Shown: positions 1 to 9,804, numbered from the stretch's first letter. The stretch: 64,000 nt of DNA from Desulfuromonadales bacterium (GCA_033549025.1 JAWSUS010000010.1:28892-92891); one strand, 5' to 3'. Made by a program: numbers and translations. The notes: generated by a model not told the origin, from the sequence alone.

Positions 1-1055
1 TGCCGGCTACCCATTTTCTGCTCGAAAAGATCTATCCCCCCGTCGAGAAAAAACAGCTCTTCGGCCTGCTGAAGACCTCCAAGGAAGATGAGCGTCTGGC
101 CCGCCGCAAAGCCCAGTCCACCTTTGTGATCTGGAGTCTGGCCGGCCTGGGCGTGGCCACCGGACTGGTTTTCTACGCGCCGATTATCCGTCGCGCCGCT
201 GAACAGGAAATCCTTCTTCAACCGCCGAAACAGCTGACCAACGCCGGTCGGTCGCTGCTGGAAGAGCGTTACCGCATCGACGCGGAGATCGGCTCCGGAA
301 CCATGGGCGTGGTTTACTCGGCCTTCGACCAGACGCTGGAGCGGCAGGTCGCCCTGAAGGAACTGCCCGCCGTCTTTGTGCGTGACCCTGAGCGAAGAGA
401 GCGTTTCCGCCGTGAAGCGCTCACCCTGGCCCAGCTGATCCATCCCGGCATCGTGCAGATTTACGATCTCTTTGATGACGGCTCCCGCATGATCCTGGTG
501 ATGGAGTTGGTTCGCGGCGGCACCCTGGAAGACCATATAGCTGACCGGGCGCCCTTTGCCGAGGCCGAGGCGTTGGACATGGTCGCGCAGATCGGCGATA
601 CCCTGAGCCATGTGCATGAGAAGGGGATCGTGCATCGGGATCTGAAGCCGGCCAACATCCTTCTCGACGAACATCAGCGCCTGAAAGTGACCGACTTTGG
701 CCTGGCTCGCCTGATGCGGGAAAGCGGCCTGACTCTCGATGGCAGTCTCATGGGTACCCCTTACTACATGAGCCCCGAGCAGGCGTCAGGCAAGCCCACC
801 GATTTTCGGGCCGACATCTATTCGCTCGGCGTGATCTTTTACGAACTGCTGGCCGGCTCGCCCCCCTTTTCCGGCGAACCGGCGGCGGTGCTGCTGCAGC
901 AGATAACCGACGAGCCGCAGCCCTTGCCGGAGCGCGTGGAAGGGCTCCGCCAGGAGGTCTCGGATCTGGTCATGGCAATGCTGCGCAAAGACCCCGACGA
1001 ACGCCTCTGCGACCATCGGGAAATTTCGCGGCGACTGCAGGAACTGCGGTCCTGA
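1..1055 (+). CDS. Hanks-type Ser/Thr protein kinase with a hydrophobic segment before the kinase domain (5' end outside window)
   Basis: Motifs IGSGTMGVVY, VALKE, HRDLKPAN, DFG, GTPYYMSPEQ. The frame is open from position 3, so GTG126 is probably not the real start. Confidence 0.93.
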   Translation, partial: PATHFLLEKIYPPVEKKQLFGLLKTSKEDERLARRKAQSTFVIWSLAGLGVATGLVFYAPIIRRAAEQEILLQPPKQLTNAGRSLLEERYRIDAEIGSGTMGVVYSAFDQTLERQVALKELPAVFVRDPERRERFRREALTLAQLIHPGIVQIYDLFDDGSRMILVMELVRGGTLEDHIADRAPFAEAEALDMVAQIGDTLSHVHEKGIVHRDLKPANILLDEHQRLKVTDFGLARLMRESGLTLDGSLMGTPYYMSPEQASGKPTDFRADIYSLGVIFYELLAGSPPFSGEPAAVLLQQITDEPQPLPERVEGLRQEVSDLVMAMLRKDPDERLCDHREISRRLQELRS

Positions 1056-1076
1056 TCCGCGCCAAGGAGAGGAAAA

Positions 1077-1460
1077 GTGGCAAAAATCGTGGTGATGTTC
1101 AAGGGACAGGTTGTCAAGGAAGTGGCGATCGGCAGCGAAGGAATCCGCATCGGCCGTGACGCCGATAACGACATCCAGATCGACAACCTGGCCGTATCCC
1201 GCCGTCATGCCGAAATCTACCGGCAGGGCATCCCCTTCTATCTGGAAGATCTCAAGAGCACCAACGGCACCTTTCTCAACGGAGCCCTGCTCAACTGGAA
1301 AAGGGGGTTGAACCACCAGGACAAGATCACCATTGGCAAGCATACCCTCGTCTTTATGGAGGAGGCCAAGGATCAGCCGGGCAAAGCCAGGCCTTCCGCC
1401 GCCAATGAGACCCTCTGCCTGACCCCCGAAGATCTGGAGCGCATGCGCCGCAACAGCTGA
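1077..1460 (+). CDS. FHA domain protein
   Basis: FHA residues IGR, SRRHA and STNGT are intact; RBS AGGAGAGG before GTG. Confidence 0.92.
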   Translation: MAKIVVMFKGQVVKEVAIGSEGIRIGRDADNDIQIDNLAVSRRHAEIYRQGIPFYLEDLKSTNGTFLNGALLNWKRGLNHQDKITIGKHTLVFMEEAKDQPGKARPSAANETLCLTPEDLERMRRNS

Positions 1461-1486
1461 GCGGTCCTGCACGCCGGCAACCCGCC

Positions 1487-1514
1487 TTGACGCCCCTCCG
1501 CCCTCCTCTATACT
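1487..1514 (+). promoter_or_regulatory. Putative sigma70 promoter of the mrp operon
   Basis: TTGACG-N16-TATACT about 55 nt upstream of mrpE. Confidence 0.6.
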
Positions 1515-1570
1515 TGAAGGCCTGAAGGGGATATGCCCCTCCCTTTACGCTGCGGGACGAGGAGGACAGG

Positions 1571-2083
1571 GTGGCTGCGTGGTTTCGGGAACTGACGCTC
1601 CGTTTTCTGCTTTTGGCCTTGGTGTGGTGGATTCTGACGGAAGGGGATTCCGCCGCCCTGGGTTTCGGCCTCCCCGTGATTTTGCTGGCGCTGGGAGCCG
1701 GTCACCTGCTGGCGGTCGACCATCAGAAGACCTGGACGCTGGCCGGCCTGCTTTCCTTTCTCCCTTTCTTCTTTTATGCCTCCCTGCGTGGCGGTCTCGA
1801 CGTCGCCCGCCGCGTCTACGATCCCCGTCTGCCTGTTTCCCCTGCCATCTGTGAATTCTTCCTTCGCCTTCCTCCCGGCCCGGCCCGGATCTTTCTGGCC
1901 AACACCATCAGCCTGCTGCCCGGCACCTGCAGTGTTTCTCTAAAGACGGAAGGCTGTTTGCTGGTGCATGCCCTCGATGACAGCGGGCCCCTGGAAGATT
2001 CTCTACGCCGGGTGGAGAGACGGGTGGCTGCACTTTTTGGGCTGACGCTGACTGGGAGCAGACCGGAGGACGCGGATGCATGA
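1571..2083 (+). CDS. mrpE: Mrp/Mnh antiporter subunit E
   Basis: Hydrophobic N-terminus; LANTISLLPGT and LLVHALD motifs typical of MnhE. Confidence 0.88.
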   Translation: MAAWFRELTLRFLLLALVWWILTEGDSAALGFGLPVILLALGAGHLLAVDHQKTWTLAGLLSFLPFFFYASLRGGLDVARRVYDPRLPVSPAICEFFLRLPPGPARIFLANTISLLPGTCSVSLKTEGCLLVHALDDSGPLEDSLRRVERRVAALFGLTLTGSRPEDADA

Positions 2084-2360
2084 CTTTTTTCTGGCCACGG
2101 CGATCTTTCTTCTTCTGACCATCGTGGTCGGCCTGGTGCGGGTGCTCCAAGGGCCTACGCCGGCGGACCGCATGCTGGCCGCCCAGCTCTTCGGCACCAC
2201 GGGAGTGGCGATCCTGCTGTTGTTGGCCGAAGCCATGGGCCTGCCGGCGCTGCGGGACGTGGCCCTGATCTTCATTCTGCTCGGGGCCCTGGCGACGGTG
2301 GCTTTTGTCAAAAGATTCTGGGTGATCCAGAAAGGGACCGGAGAGGATGACGATGATTGA
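2076..2360 (+). CDS. mrpF: Mrp/Mnh antiporter subunit F
   Basis: 94 aa, three TM segments, GPTPADRMLA motif. Confidence 0.9.
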   Translation: MHDFFLATAIFLLLTIVVGLVRVLQGPTPADRMLAAQLFGTTGVAILLLLAEAMGLPALRDVALIFILLGALATVAFVKRFWVIQKGTGEDDDD

Positions 2361-2670
2361 TCTTTTGTCCGTGCTGCTGACGCTGGCCGGAGCGGTCTTT
2401 TTTCTGGCGGGGACGCTGGGGATGCTGCGACTGCCGGATGTCTATACCCGCCTTCATGCTTTGACCAAGGCCGACAACCTCGGTTTGGGGCTGACGGTGT
2501 CGGGCTTGCTGCTGCAGGCGGGATCGGTCCCGGTGGCGCTGAAGATGCTGCTTATCTGGCTGTTGGCCCTGGTGGCCAGCTCGGCTGCCTGCTATCTGGT
2601 GGCGAACAGCGCCTTTCGCGGCGGCCTGCGGCCACGCCAGGGGCGCTTCTGCGCGAAGGAGCGGTCATGA
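2347..2670 (+). CDS. mrpG: Mrp/Mnh antiporter subunit G
   Basis: LRLPDVYTRLHALTKADNLG motif. Confidence 0.9.
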   Translation: MTMIDLLSVLLTLAGAVFFLAGTLGMLRLPDVYTRLHALTKADNLGLGLTVSGLLLQAGSVPVALKMLLIWLLALVASSAACYLVANSAFRGGLRPRQGRFCAKERS

Positions 2671-2963
2671 TGTCTCTCGCCTTTGGCTTTGATCTGCTGC
2701 TGCTCGCTACGTTGCTGGCCTTGGCCTGGCAGATTCTGTCGGCCCGCGATCTCTTCAAGGCGGTGGTGCTGTTCATGGCCTTCGGGCTGCTCATGGCGCT
2801 GGCCTGGGTGCGGCTGCGGGCGCCCGATATCGCCCTGGCGGAAGCGGCCATTGGCGCCGGACTCACCGGGGCCCTCCTGCTGGATGCGGTCGGGCACCTG
2901 GATGTGGAACGGAATGGGGCCACCACCCGGGAGCCTTCCTCCTCGTCAGCGGAGGAAGAATGA
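2667..2963 (+). CDS. DUF4040 / MrpA-C-terminal-like small membrane subunit
   Basis: LRAPDIALAEAAIGAGL motif; ATGA overlaps with both neighbours. Confidence 0.85.
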   Translation: MMSLAFGFDLLLLATLLALAWQILSARDLFKAVVLFMAFGLLMALAWVRLRAPDIALAEAAIGAGLTGALLLDAVGHLDVERNGATTREPSSSSAEEE

Positions 2964-3670
2964 AGCCGGCAGAGAGGATTCTCAACGGGCTGGTCTCGCT
3001 GGTCCTGACGACCTTTGCCGCCATTCTGGTTTGGGTCGTGCTGTCCTTGCCGGCCGCGTCAATCAGTCTCCAGCCCCAGGTAAACGCCCGCCTGGTCGAT
3101 TCGGGGGTTCATTCGCCGGTGACCGCCGTTCTCCTCAATTTTCGGGGTTACGATACCTTGCTGGAGATCGGGGTCCTGCTGCTGGCGGCGATGGCCTGCA
3201 TGGCGCTGCGGCAGGGGCAGCCGCCCGGACCGCTGCTCATGATCGCTCCGCCCGGCCCCGTGCTGGCGGCCATGACGCGATTGGTCGTTCCTCTGATGGT
3301 GCTGACCTCAGGCTATCTTCTTTGGGCCGGCGAACATGCGCCGGGTGGGGCTTTTCAGGCCGGCGCCGTGCTGGCTGCCGCCGGTGTTCTGTTGCTTCTG
3401 GGGGGAAAGTTGAATGTCCGTCTGGGGGCTCCCTGGCGGGTGCGGGCGGCGCTGGCTTCCGGCTTCGCCTTTTTCCTGGCGCTGGCGCTGGCCACCCTGG
3501 GGATGGGGGGCAAACTGCTCGAATATCCCCAAAACGGAGCGGGTCCTCTGATCGTCGCCCTGGAGTCTTTGCTGACCTTGTCCATCGCGGTGACGCTGGT
3601 GGCCCTTTTTGCCTCAAACCCGCCGGCCGGATCGCCGATGGTGCCGCCGGAAGGGGAGGAGGACGTATGA
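2960..3670 (+). CDS. mrpB: Mrp/Mnh antiporter subunit B
   Basis: VTAVLLNFRGYDTLLE and HAPGGAFQAG motifs. Confidence 0.88.
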   Translation: MKPAERILNGLVSLVLTTFAAILVWVVLSLPAASISLQPQVNARLVDSGVHSPVTAVLLNFRGYDTLLEIGVLLLAAMACMALRQGQPPGPLLMIAPPGPVLAAMTRLVVPLMVLTSGYLLWAGEHAPGGAFQAGAVLAAAGVLLLLGGKLNVRLGAPWRVRAALASGFAFFLALALATLGMGGKLLEYPQNGAGPLIVALESLLTLSIAVTLVALFASNPPAGSPMVPPEGEEDV

Positions 3671-3969
3671 CCCAGGCCGATCTTTATATGGTGGGCGCTG
3701 TTCTGCTCTTCTGCCTGGGCCTGCGCGGGCTGTTTTTTGACCGCCACCTTCTGCGCAAGATCCTGGCCCTGAATATCATGAGCAGCGGCGTCTTTCTGCT
3801 GCTGGTGGGCATCGCTTCCCGCGACCCGCAGCAGAACCCCGACCCGGTTCCTCTCGCCATGGTGCTGACGGGGATCGTGGTGGCGGTGAGCGCGACGGCC
3901 TTTGCCCTGGCGCTGGCGCGCCGGTACTATCAGCAGACCGGAAAGACCCGGCTACCGGAGGGGGAATGA
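3667..3969 (+). CDS. mrpC: Mrp/Mnh antiporter subunit C (NuoK-like)
   Basis: Start taken as ATG3667 (ATGA overlap), MTQADLY...; DPVPLAMVLTGIVV motif. The 428-aa track ORF is an overextension. Confidence 0.88.
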   Translation: MTQADLYMVGAVLLFCLGLRGLFFDRHLLRKILALNIMSSGVFLLLVGIASRDPQQNPDPVPLAMVLTGIVVAVSATAFALALARRYYQQTGKTRLPEGE

Positions 3970-3997
3970 GAGAGTCGCGCTGGAAGGATGGCCCGCC

Positions 3998-5488
3998 ATG
4001 ACGACCCTGCCCTGGGAAGTCTGCATCATCCTGGCGCCTTTTATCGGGGGACTGCTGGCCTTTGTGGGCGGCCGGCGATCGGGCCGCTGGTTCTTCGGCC
4101 TCACCGTGCTGGTAGTCGGCGGCGGCTTGTCCGCCCTGACGCGGGAGCTGTGGCGGCAGGGTCCGCGGGCCTACGCGCTAGGCGAATGGGGCGCGCCCCT
4201 GGGCATCGAGCTGTATGCCGATGGGCTGAGCCTGCTCATGCTGCTGCTGACCGCTCTTGTGGTCATTCTGGTCGGCATATTCTCCCTGGGGTTGCTCACG
4301 GCCGTTCCTGTGGAGGCGGAAGGCTGCGAAAACGCCCTGTTCTGGCCCCTCGTGCTCTTCTTCTGGGGTGCGTTGAATGCGCTCTTTCTCTCGCGCGATG
4401 TCTTCAATCTCTATGTCACTCTCGAACTTCTCACCCTCTCCGCCGTGCCGCTTATCACCTTGTCCGGCACGGCTTCTTCCCTGGCGGCAGGGCTGCGCTA
4501 CCTCTTTGTCGCCCTGCTCGGTTCTTTGGCCTACCTGCTGGGAACGGCTCTTTTCTACGCGGAAAGCGGCGCCCTCACTCTTCACGCCCTGGCGGAGTCG
4601 CCTGACGGGGTCGGCAGCCTGTCGGTGGCCACCGGCCTTATGATTCTGGGTCTTTTGCTGAAAACCGCCCTTTTTCCCCTTCACTTCTGGCTTCCCGCCG
4701 CCTATGCCGAGGCGCCGAGTCCCGTCAGCGCCCTGCTGGCGGCCCTGGCCACCAAGGCTTCCTTTTACCTTCTGCTGCGCCTCTGGTTTGAGCTCTTCTC
4801 CTTCAGGCAGGAATTCGCCGCGGCACAGATTCTCGGGGGGCTCGGGATGCTGGCCATCCTCTGGGGTTCTCTGCTGGCCTGGCGGCAGGGACGGGTGAAG
4901 AGGCTGCTGGCCTATTCGAGTATCGCCCAGATCGGTTATCTCTTCCTGATTTTTCCCCTTATGACGGCCTGGACCCCCGCCGGGGACGGAGTGTCGCTGG
5001 AAGTGCCGGGAGCCTGGGGCGGGCTGGTTTTTCTGCTCCTCTCCCACGGTTTGGCCAAGTCGGCCATGTTCATGTCGGCGGGGTGTCTGGCTCAGGCCGC
5101 CGGCTCCGACCGGATCGCCGACCTGACCGGCATCGGCCGGCAATTTCCCGTTCCGCTGTTCGCCTTTGCTCTGGGGGGGATGACTTTGATGGGGCTACCG
5201 CCCAGCGGTGGTTTTTCTTCCAAGTGGCTTTTTCTCAAGGCCTCGGTGGAAAGTCTGCAGTGGTGGTGGGTGCCGGGCATGCTCCTCGGCGGCGTGTTGG
5301 CGGCGGGCTATGTTTTTCGCGTGCTGCGCCAGGCCCTGGTGTGGGATGAGGATGTCGGGCTGTACCGCGCGGTTCCGCGCCGGATGCAGTGGGCGTCCAT
5401 GGCTACGGCCCTGCTCTCCCTGGCGCTGGGCCTGTGCGGGTCCTGGCCCCTCGATCTTCTGGCCATCGGCTATCCGGGGGGACCATGA
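3998..5488 (+). CDS. mrpD: Mrp antiporter subunit D (proton-conducting membrane transporter)
   Basis: GEWGAPLGIEL, DVFNLYVTLE, KTALFPLHFWLP and KRLLAYSS motifs; start assigned to ATG3998. Confidence 0.87.
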   Translation: MTTLPWEVCIILAPFIGGLLAFVGGRRSGRWFFGLTVLVVGGGLSALTRELWRQGPRAYALGEWGAPLGIELYADGLSLLMLLLTALVVILVGIFSLGLLTAVPVEAEGCENALFWPLVLFFWGALNALFLSRDVFNLYVTLELLTLSAVPLITLSGTASSLAAGLRYLFVALLGSLAYLLGTALFYAESGALTLHALAESPDGVGSLSVATGLMILGLLLKTALFPLHFWLPAAYAEAPSPVSALLAALATKASFYLLLRLWFELFSFRQEFAAAQILGGLGMLAILWGSLLAWRQGRVKRLLAYSSIAQIGYLFLIFPLMTAWTPAGDGVSLEVPGAWGGLVFLLLSHGLAKSAMFMSAGCLAQAAGSDRIADLTGIGRQFPVPLFAFALGGMTLMGLPPSGGFSSKWLFLKASVESLQWWWVPGMLLGGVLAAGYVFRVLRQALVWDEDVGLYRAVPRRMQWASMATALLSLALGLCGSWPLDLLAIGYPGGP

Positions 5489-6990
5489 ACTGGAGCAGTA
5501 TTCTGCCCATCGCGACCTTGCTAAGTTCCCTGATCACCGGGCTGGTGATCTTCGGTCTGCAGGAGCGCCGGCACCGGCTGCGCACGACCCTGAACCTGCT
5601 GGGTGCCACCATTAAGCTGCTCTTTGTGGGGGTGATGCTCTGGGGGGTGTTCCGTGGGGCGGAGTATGCTTTTTCGCTGCCGCTGCTGCCAGGGGTCGAT
5701 TTTGTCCTGCGCGCCGACCCCCTGGCCATGCTCTTTGTTGCCCTCTCTGCCGGACTCTGGTTTCTCACCACCATCTATGCCGTCGGCTACCTGGAAGGTT
5801 CACCTCATCGAAGCCGTTTCTTCGGCTTTTTCAGCGTCTGCGTGACGGCGACGACGGGGATCGCCCTCGCCGGGAACCTGCTCACCTTCTTCATCTTCTA
5901 TGAACTTCTGACCCTCTCCACCTATCCGCTGGTGGTGCATCGCGGCACCTCCGAGTCGCTCTATGCCGGCGACACCTACCTCGTCTATACCCTGCTCGGC
6001 GGCGCCGCCCTGCTGACCGGGGCCGTGTGGCTGCAGGCGCTGGTCGGCCCCGTCGATTTCGTCGCCGGCGGGGTGCTTTCTGCTGTTGACGCGGGCCATC
6101 GCGTGCAGTTGGTCGCCATCTTCTGTTTGATGGTGGGGGGAGTGGGGGTCAAGGCCGCCCTGGTCCCTCTGCATGGCTGGCTACCCATTGCCATGGTGGC
6201 TCCGGCCCCGGTCTCGGCCCTGCTGCACGCGGTGGCCGTGGTCAAGGCGGGCGCTTTCGGCATTATCCGCATTGTCTACGATATCTACGGCGTGGAGCTG
6301 GCGGCTTCTCTCAACCTGCTGGGGCCCCTGGCCGCTGTGGCGGCCATTACCATCCTTTATGGATCGGTGCGGGCCCTTTTTCAGGATGACCTCAAGCGGC
6401 GTCTGGCCTATTCCACCGTCAGTCAGGTCTCCTATATCGTTCTCGGCGTGACCATCGTCGGCCCACTGGCCACCATCGGCGGAGTCGTGCATCTGGTGCA
6501 TCAGGGGATCATGAAAATAACGCTCTTCTTCTGCGCCGGCAACCTCGCCGAAACTCTCAACGTTCGCCGGGTGAGCGAAATGGCCGGAGTCGGTCGCCGG
6601 ATGCCCTGGACCATGGCCGCTTTTACCCTGGCCGCTTTCGGCATGATCGGCATTCCTCCCCTGGCCGGCTTCGTCAGCAAGTGGTACCTGGGATTGGGCG
6701 GAATCGCCGCCGGACACTCCTGGGTGGTGGGGGTCATGGTGCTGAGCAGTTTGCTCAATGCCGCTTACTTTCTGCCCATCGTCTATGCCGCCTGGTTCAA
6801 GGAGCCGGCCGCAGCCTGGCCTGAACGCAAACCGGGTTCGCGCCTGGAGACGGACGGACTGCTGCTGGGGCCGACCCTGATCACCGCCGGACTCTCCCTG
6901 TCGGCGGGACTGCTGGCCGGCCTTTCCTTCAGTCCACGGGGGTGGGTGGCCATGATTGCCCGGGAGGCGTACCGCTTATGGATTCCCTGA
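5485..6990 (+). CDS. mrpD: Second MrpD-family subunit
   Basis: FFIFYELLT, KAALVPLHGWLP and LKRRLAYSTVSQ motifs; ATG5485 overlaps the upstream stop. Confidence 0.87.
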   Translation: MNWSSILPIATLLSSLITGLVIFGLQERRHRLRTTLNLLGATIKLLFVGVMLWGVFRGAEYAFSLPLLPGVDFVLRADPLAMLFVALSAGLWFLTTIYAVGYLEGSPHRSRFFGFFSVCVTATTGIALAGNLLTFFIFYELLTLSTYPLVVHRGTSESLYAGDTYLVYTLLGGAALLTGAVWLQALVGPVDFVAGGVLSAVDAGHRVQLVAIFCLMVGGVGVKAALVPLHGWLPIAMVAPAPVSALLHAVAVVKAGAFGIIRIVYDIYGVELAASLNLLGPLAAVAAITILYGSVRALFQDDLKRRLAYSTVSQVSYIVLGVTIVGPLATIGGVVHLVHQGIMKITLFFCAGNLAETLNVRRVSEMAGVGRRMPWTMAAFTLAAFGMIGIPPLAGFVSKWYLGLGGIAAGHSWVVGVMVLSSLLNAAYFLPIVYAAWFKEPAAAWPERKPGSRLETDGLLLGPTLITAGLSLSAGLLAGLSFSPRGWVAMIAREAYRLWIP

Positions 6991-8732
6991 TGGGAGCACT
7001 CTATTCACAGGTCGTCTGGCTAGCCGTCCTGGCTTTTCCCCTGCTGCTGGCGGGGGGGTGCCTGAGCCGCTGGGGACGGTCCTGGGCGATAGCGGCCGCC
7101 CCCTGGTCGGCCTTGCCGCCTATCGCCCTGGCCCTGTGGCCGCCGGAGGCAGGGAACTACCCCTGGCTGCTCCTCGGCAGCACCTTCGGCCTGGACCTGA
7201 CGGGCCGCATCTTTCTGCTTTTTACCTCCCTGGCCTGGGGTGCCGCGGCCTTGTATGCCCGCGGCTACCTGGCTAAGCAGGCGCGCTTCCAGTCCTTCTT
7301 CTTCTTTTTTCTGCTGGCCATGACCGGCAATCTGGGGCTGATCATGGCCGGGGACATGGCCGCTTTCTACCTGTTCTTCGCCCTCATGACCTTCGCGGCC
7401 TACGGGCTGGTCGTTCATGAGCGAGATTCCGAGGCGCGACAGGCCGGCAAGGTCTATCTGGTCATGGCGGTACTGGGAGAGGTGCTGTTGATCGCCGGTC
7501 TCATGCTGATCGCCGCCGAAGGCACAATACGTCTGTCTGAACTCGCGCCGCGGATTGCCGTTTCGCCCCATCGTCACCTGATTATCGGCCTGATACTGGT
7601 TGGTTTCTGCGTCAAGGCCGGCTGCTTCCCTCTGCACCTCTGGTTGCCCCTGGCCCACCCGGTCGCACCCACCCCGGCCAGCGCCGTGCTGTCCGGGGCC
7701 ATGATCAAGGCCGGTCTGCTGGCCTGGCTGCGTTTCCTCCCTCTGGGGGAGGCGGCTTTTCCCGCCTGGGGCCTGCTCTGCCTGCTCCTCGGGCTCCTGG
7801 CGGCTTTTGGCGGGGTGGTTTTGGGCCTGGCCCAGTCTCAGGCCAAAACGGTGCTGGCCTACTCGAGCATCAGCCAGATGGGGCTGATGACGGGAGCCCT
7901 GGGGCTGGGACTGCTCTTCCCGGCGGTCTGGCCCTCGGTGCTGGCGGCACTCTGTCTTTACGCTCTGCACCACGGCCTGGCCAAGACGGCTCTTTTTCTG
8001 GGGGTGGGCATGGTTGGCGCGGAAGGGGTGTGGACCCGAAGGGTCTTTCTGGCGGGATTGCTGTTGCCGGCGCTGTCTCTGGCCGGAGCGCCCCTGACCA
8101 GCGGCATGGTGGCCAAGAAGCTTTTGGGAGGGCTGGCGAATGCCATGCCGTCGCCCTGGGCGGAAGTCTTTAGCTGGACACTGGCCGGGTCGGCCGTGGC
8201 CACCTCCGTACTGATGGCGCACCTGTTGCTGTTGCCCTGGACGCAGCGGATCGGGATGGGCAGCCCGCCGACTGGCCGACAGTGGCTGGCCTGGGGGGCG
8301 GTGCAGCTGGGCGGGCTCTTGATGGTATGGAGGATCGTTCCGGGTTGGCTGGCTCCCTGGGGGGCAAAATCGCCAGGATGGAGCAGTGAGGCGGCCCTTA
8401 CGGTGCTGGTGGGAGCGGCTGTGGGCTTTCTGCTCTGGCGCCTGGTCAAAAAAAGCAGGAGCAGCCTGCTGCCGCCGCTGCCGGCGGGCGATGTGCTGCT
8501 CCTGCTCTATGCTCTGGGAAGAGGTGCCCGCCAAGGGTGGGACCGGTACGGCGACCCCGTGGTGACGCGCCTGGTCCGGGCTTACCTGACCTTTGTCTGG
8601 CAGGGTCCGATCGAGTTGTTCGGCCTGCACTCCCTGTTGGCCGCCAGTGAAAAGGGATTATTGCGCTGGCGTGTATCCGGGGGGCTCTTCCTACTCCTGA
8701 TTGTGGTCTTTGCCGTTATTCTGCTGCGCTGA
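6978..8732 (+). CDS. Third MrpD/HyfB-like (complex I subunit 5 family) membrane subunit
   Basis: KAGCFPLHLWLPLAHPVAPTPASAVLSG and LAYSSISQMG motifs; start at ATG6978 or 6990. Confidence 0.82.
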   Translation: MDSLMGALYSQVVWLAVLAFPLLLAGGCLSRWGRSWAIAAAPWSALPPIALALWPPEAGNYPWLLLGSTFGLDLTGRIFLLFTSLAWGAAALYARGYLAKQARFQSFFFFFLLAMTGNLGLIMAGDMAAFYLFFALMTFAAYGLVVHERDSEARQAGKVYLVMAVLGEVLLIAGLMLIAAEGTIRLSELAPRIAVSPHRHLIIGLILVGFCVKAGCFPLHLWLPLAHPVAPTPASAVLSGAMIKAGLLAWLRFLPLGEAAFPAWGLLCLLLGLLAAFGGVVLGLAQSQAKTVLAYSSISQMGLMTGALGLGLLFPAVWPSVLAALCLYALHHGLAKTALFLGVGMVGAEGVWTRRVFLAGLLLPALSLAGAPLTSGMVAKKLLGGLANAMPSPWAEVFSWTLAGSAVATSVLMAHLLLLPWTQRIGMGSPPTGRQWLAWGAVQLGGLLMVWRIVPGWLAPWGAKSPGWSSEAALTVLVGAAVGFLLWRLVKKSRSSLLPPLPAGDVLLLLYALGRGARQGWDRYGDPVVTRLVRAYLTFVWQGPIELFGLHSLLAASEKGLLRWRVSGGLFLLLIVVFAVILLR

Positions 8733-8746
8733 CCGGCCCTTGCCGA

Positions 8747-9601
8747 TCAGTTGCGGCCGCTGGCCATGGCTTCCAGTTTGGCGACGCGATCATCCATGGG
8801 CGGATGGGTAGAAAAGAGATTGGCCAGAGAGCGCCCGGTCAGTGGGTTGACGATAAACAGGTGCGATGTCGCCGGCGTGGCCTCCTGCATGGGCACCGCC
8901 TGAGCGCCCATCTGCAGTTTGCGCAAAGCGCTGGCCAGGGCCTGGGGTTTGCCGCAGATGCGGGCGCCGGAGGCGTCGGCCAGATACTCCCGCGAGCGGG
9001 AGACCGCCATCTGGATCAGCATGGCCGCCATGGGGGCGATAATGGCCACGGCCAGGCTGCCGAGCATGCCGCCGCCTTCTTCGTCATCGCTACGGCCGGC
9101 GCCGAAAATGGCGGCCCACTGCAGCATGTTGCCGAGCATGGCGATGGCGCCGGCGAAGGTCGCAGCCAGGGTGGAGATGAGCGTGTCGCGGTTCTGAACA
9201 TGGGCCAGCTCGTGGGCCATGACCCCTTCAAGCTCGTCTTCCGTGAGCAGTCGCATGATGCCCTGGGTGGCGGCGACGGCGGCATTCTGCGGATTGCGCC
9301 CGGTGGCAAAGGCGTTGGGAGCCTCCGAGGGGATGATGTAGACCTTGGGCATGGGCAGGCCGGCCTGCTGGCTGAGGCGGCGCACCATGCCGTAGAAGCC
9401 CGGATTGTCGGCTTCGGTGACTTCCTTGGCCTTGTACATCTTGAGCACGATCTTGTCTGAGTACCAGTAGGAGAAGAAGTTCATGCCGCCGGCGATGAGA
9501 AAGGCGATGATCATGCCCGACTGGCCACCGATGGCGCTGCCCATGAAAACAAGAAGCAGGGTGAGACTGGTCAGCAGAAGCGTGGTTTTAATGCGGTTCA
9601 T
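8747..9601 (-). CDS. htpX: Membrane zinc metalloprotease HtpX (M48)
   Basis: [15 protein letters not shown] (HExxH), [23 protein letters not shown] before ATG9601. Confidence 0.95.
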   Translation of the reverse strand: MNRIKTTLLLTSLTLLLVFMGSAIGGQSGMIIAFLIAGGMNFFSYWYSDKIVLKMYKAKEVTEADNPGFYGMVRRLSQQAGLPMPKVYIIPSEAPNAFATGRNPQNAAVAATQGIMRLLTEDELEGVMAHELAHVQNRDTLISTLAATFAGAIAMLGNMLQWAAIFGAGRSDDEEGGGMLGSLAVAIIAPMAAMLIQMAVSRSREYLADASGARICGKPQALASALRKLQMGAQAVPMQEATPATSHLFIVNPLTGRSLANLFSTHPPMDDRVAKLEAMASGRN

Positions 9602-9640
9602 GGTTTGTCCTCCGTACGCGTTGTTTGTGCGGCGGGTAAT

Positions 9641-9690
9641 AAAAAAGACCTTTACCCGCGGCATGATGAAATGCTGTGGATAAAGGTCTT
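9641..9690 (-). terminator. Riboswitch expression-platform intrinsic terminator
   Basis: 13-bp stem AAGACCUUUAUCC/GGGUAAAGGUCUU ending in a U-run; its 5' arm overlaps the 3' strand of the aptamer closing stem. Confidence 0.75.
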
Positions 9691-9795
9691 GCAGATTGCG
9701 ACGAAGCGTCGTAACCCCGAGTCCGGGAGGCGTGGCCTCCGTAATGACGAAACGCGGGTCGGTCATGTCTCCGACCGATTGCTACTCCCCTTTAA
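9681..9795 (-). ncRNA. yybP-ykoY (Mn2+-sensing) riboswitch aptamer
   Basis: Minus strand reads UAAAGGGGAGUAGC...UUUCGUCAUUACG...GCAAGACCUUUA: closing stem UAAAGG/CCUUUA with the GGGGAGUAGC and GCAAGAC hallmarks; lies in the htpX leader. Confidence 0.85.
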
Positions 9796-9804
9796 CAGAG
9801 AAGC

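Noticed and set aside
2683..3666. N-terminal part of the 428-aa track ORF
   Set aside because: It overlaps DUF4040 and mrpB in another frame; only 3667-3969 is MrpC.
1571..8732. Membrane hydrogenase or complex I interpretation
   Set aside because: No NiFe, Fe-S or NuoH-like genes; MrpE/F/G are present.
9602..9766. N-terminal extension of HtpX in the track
   Set aside because: It runs through the riboswitch and terminator; the RBS supports ATG9601.
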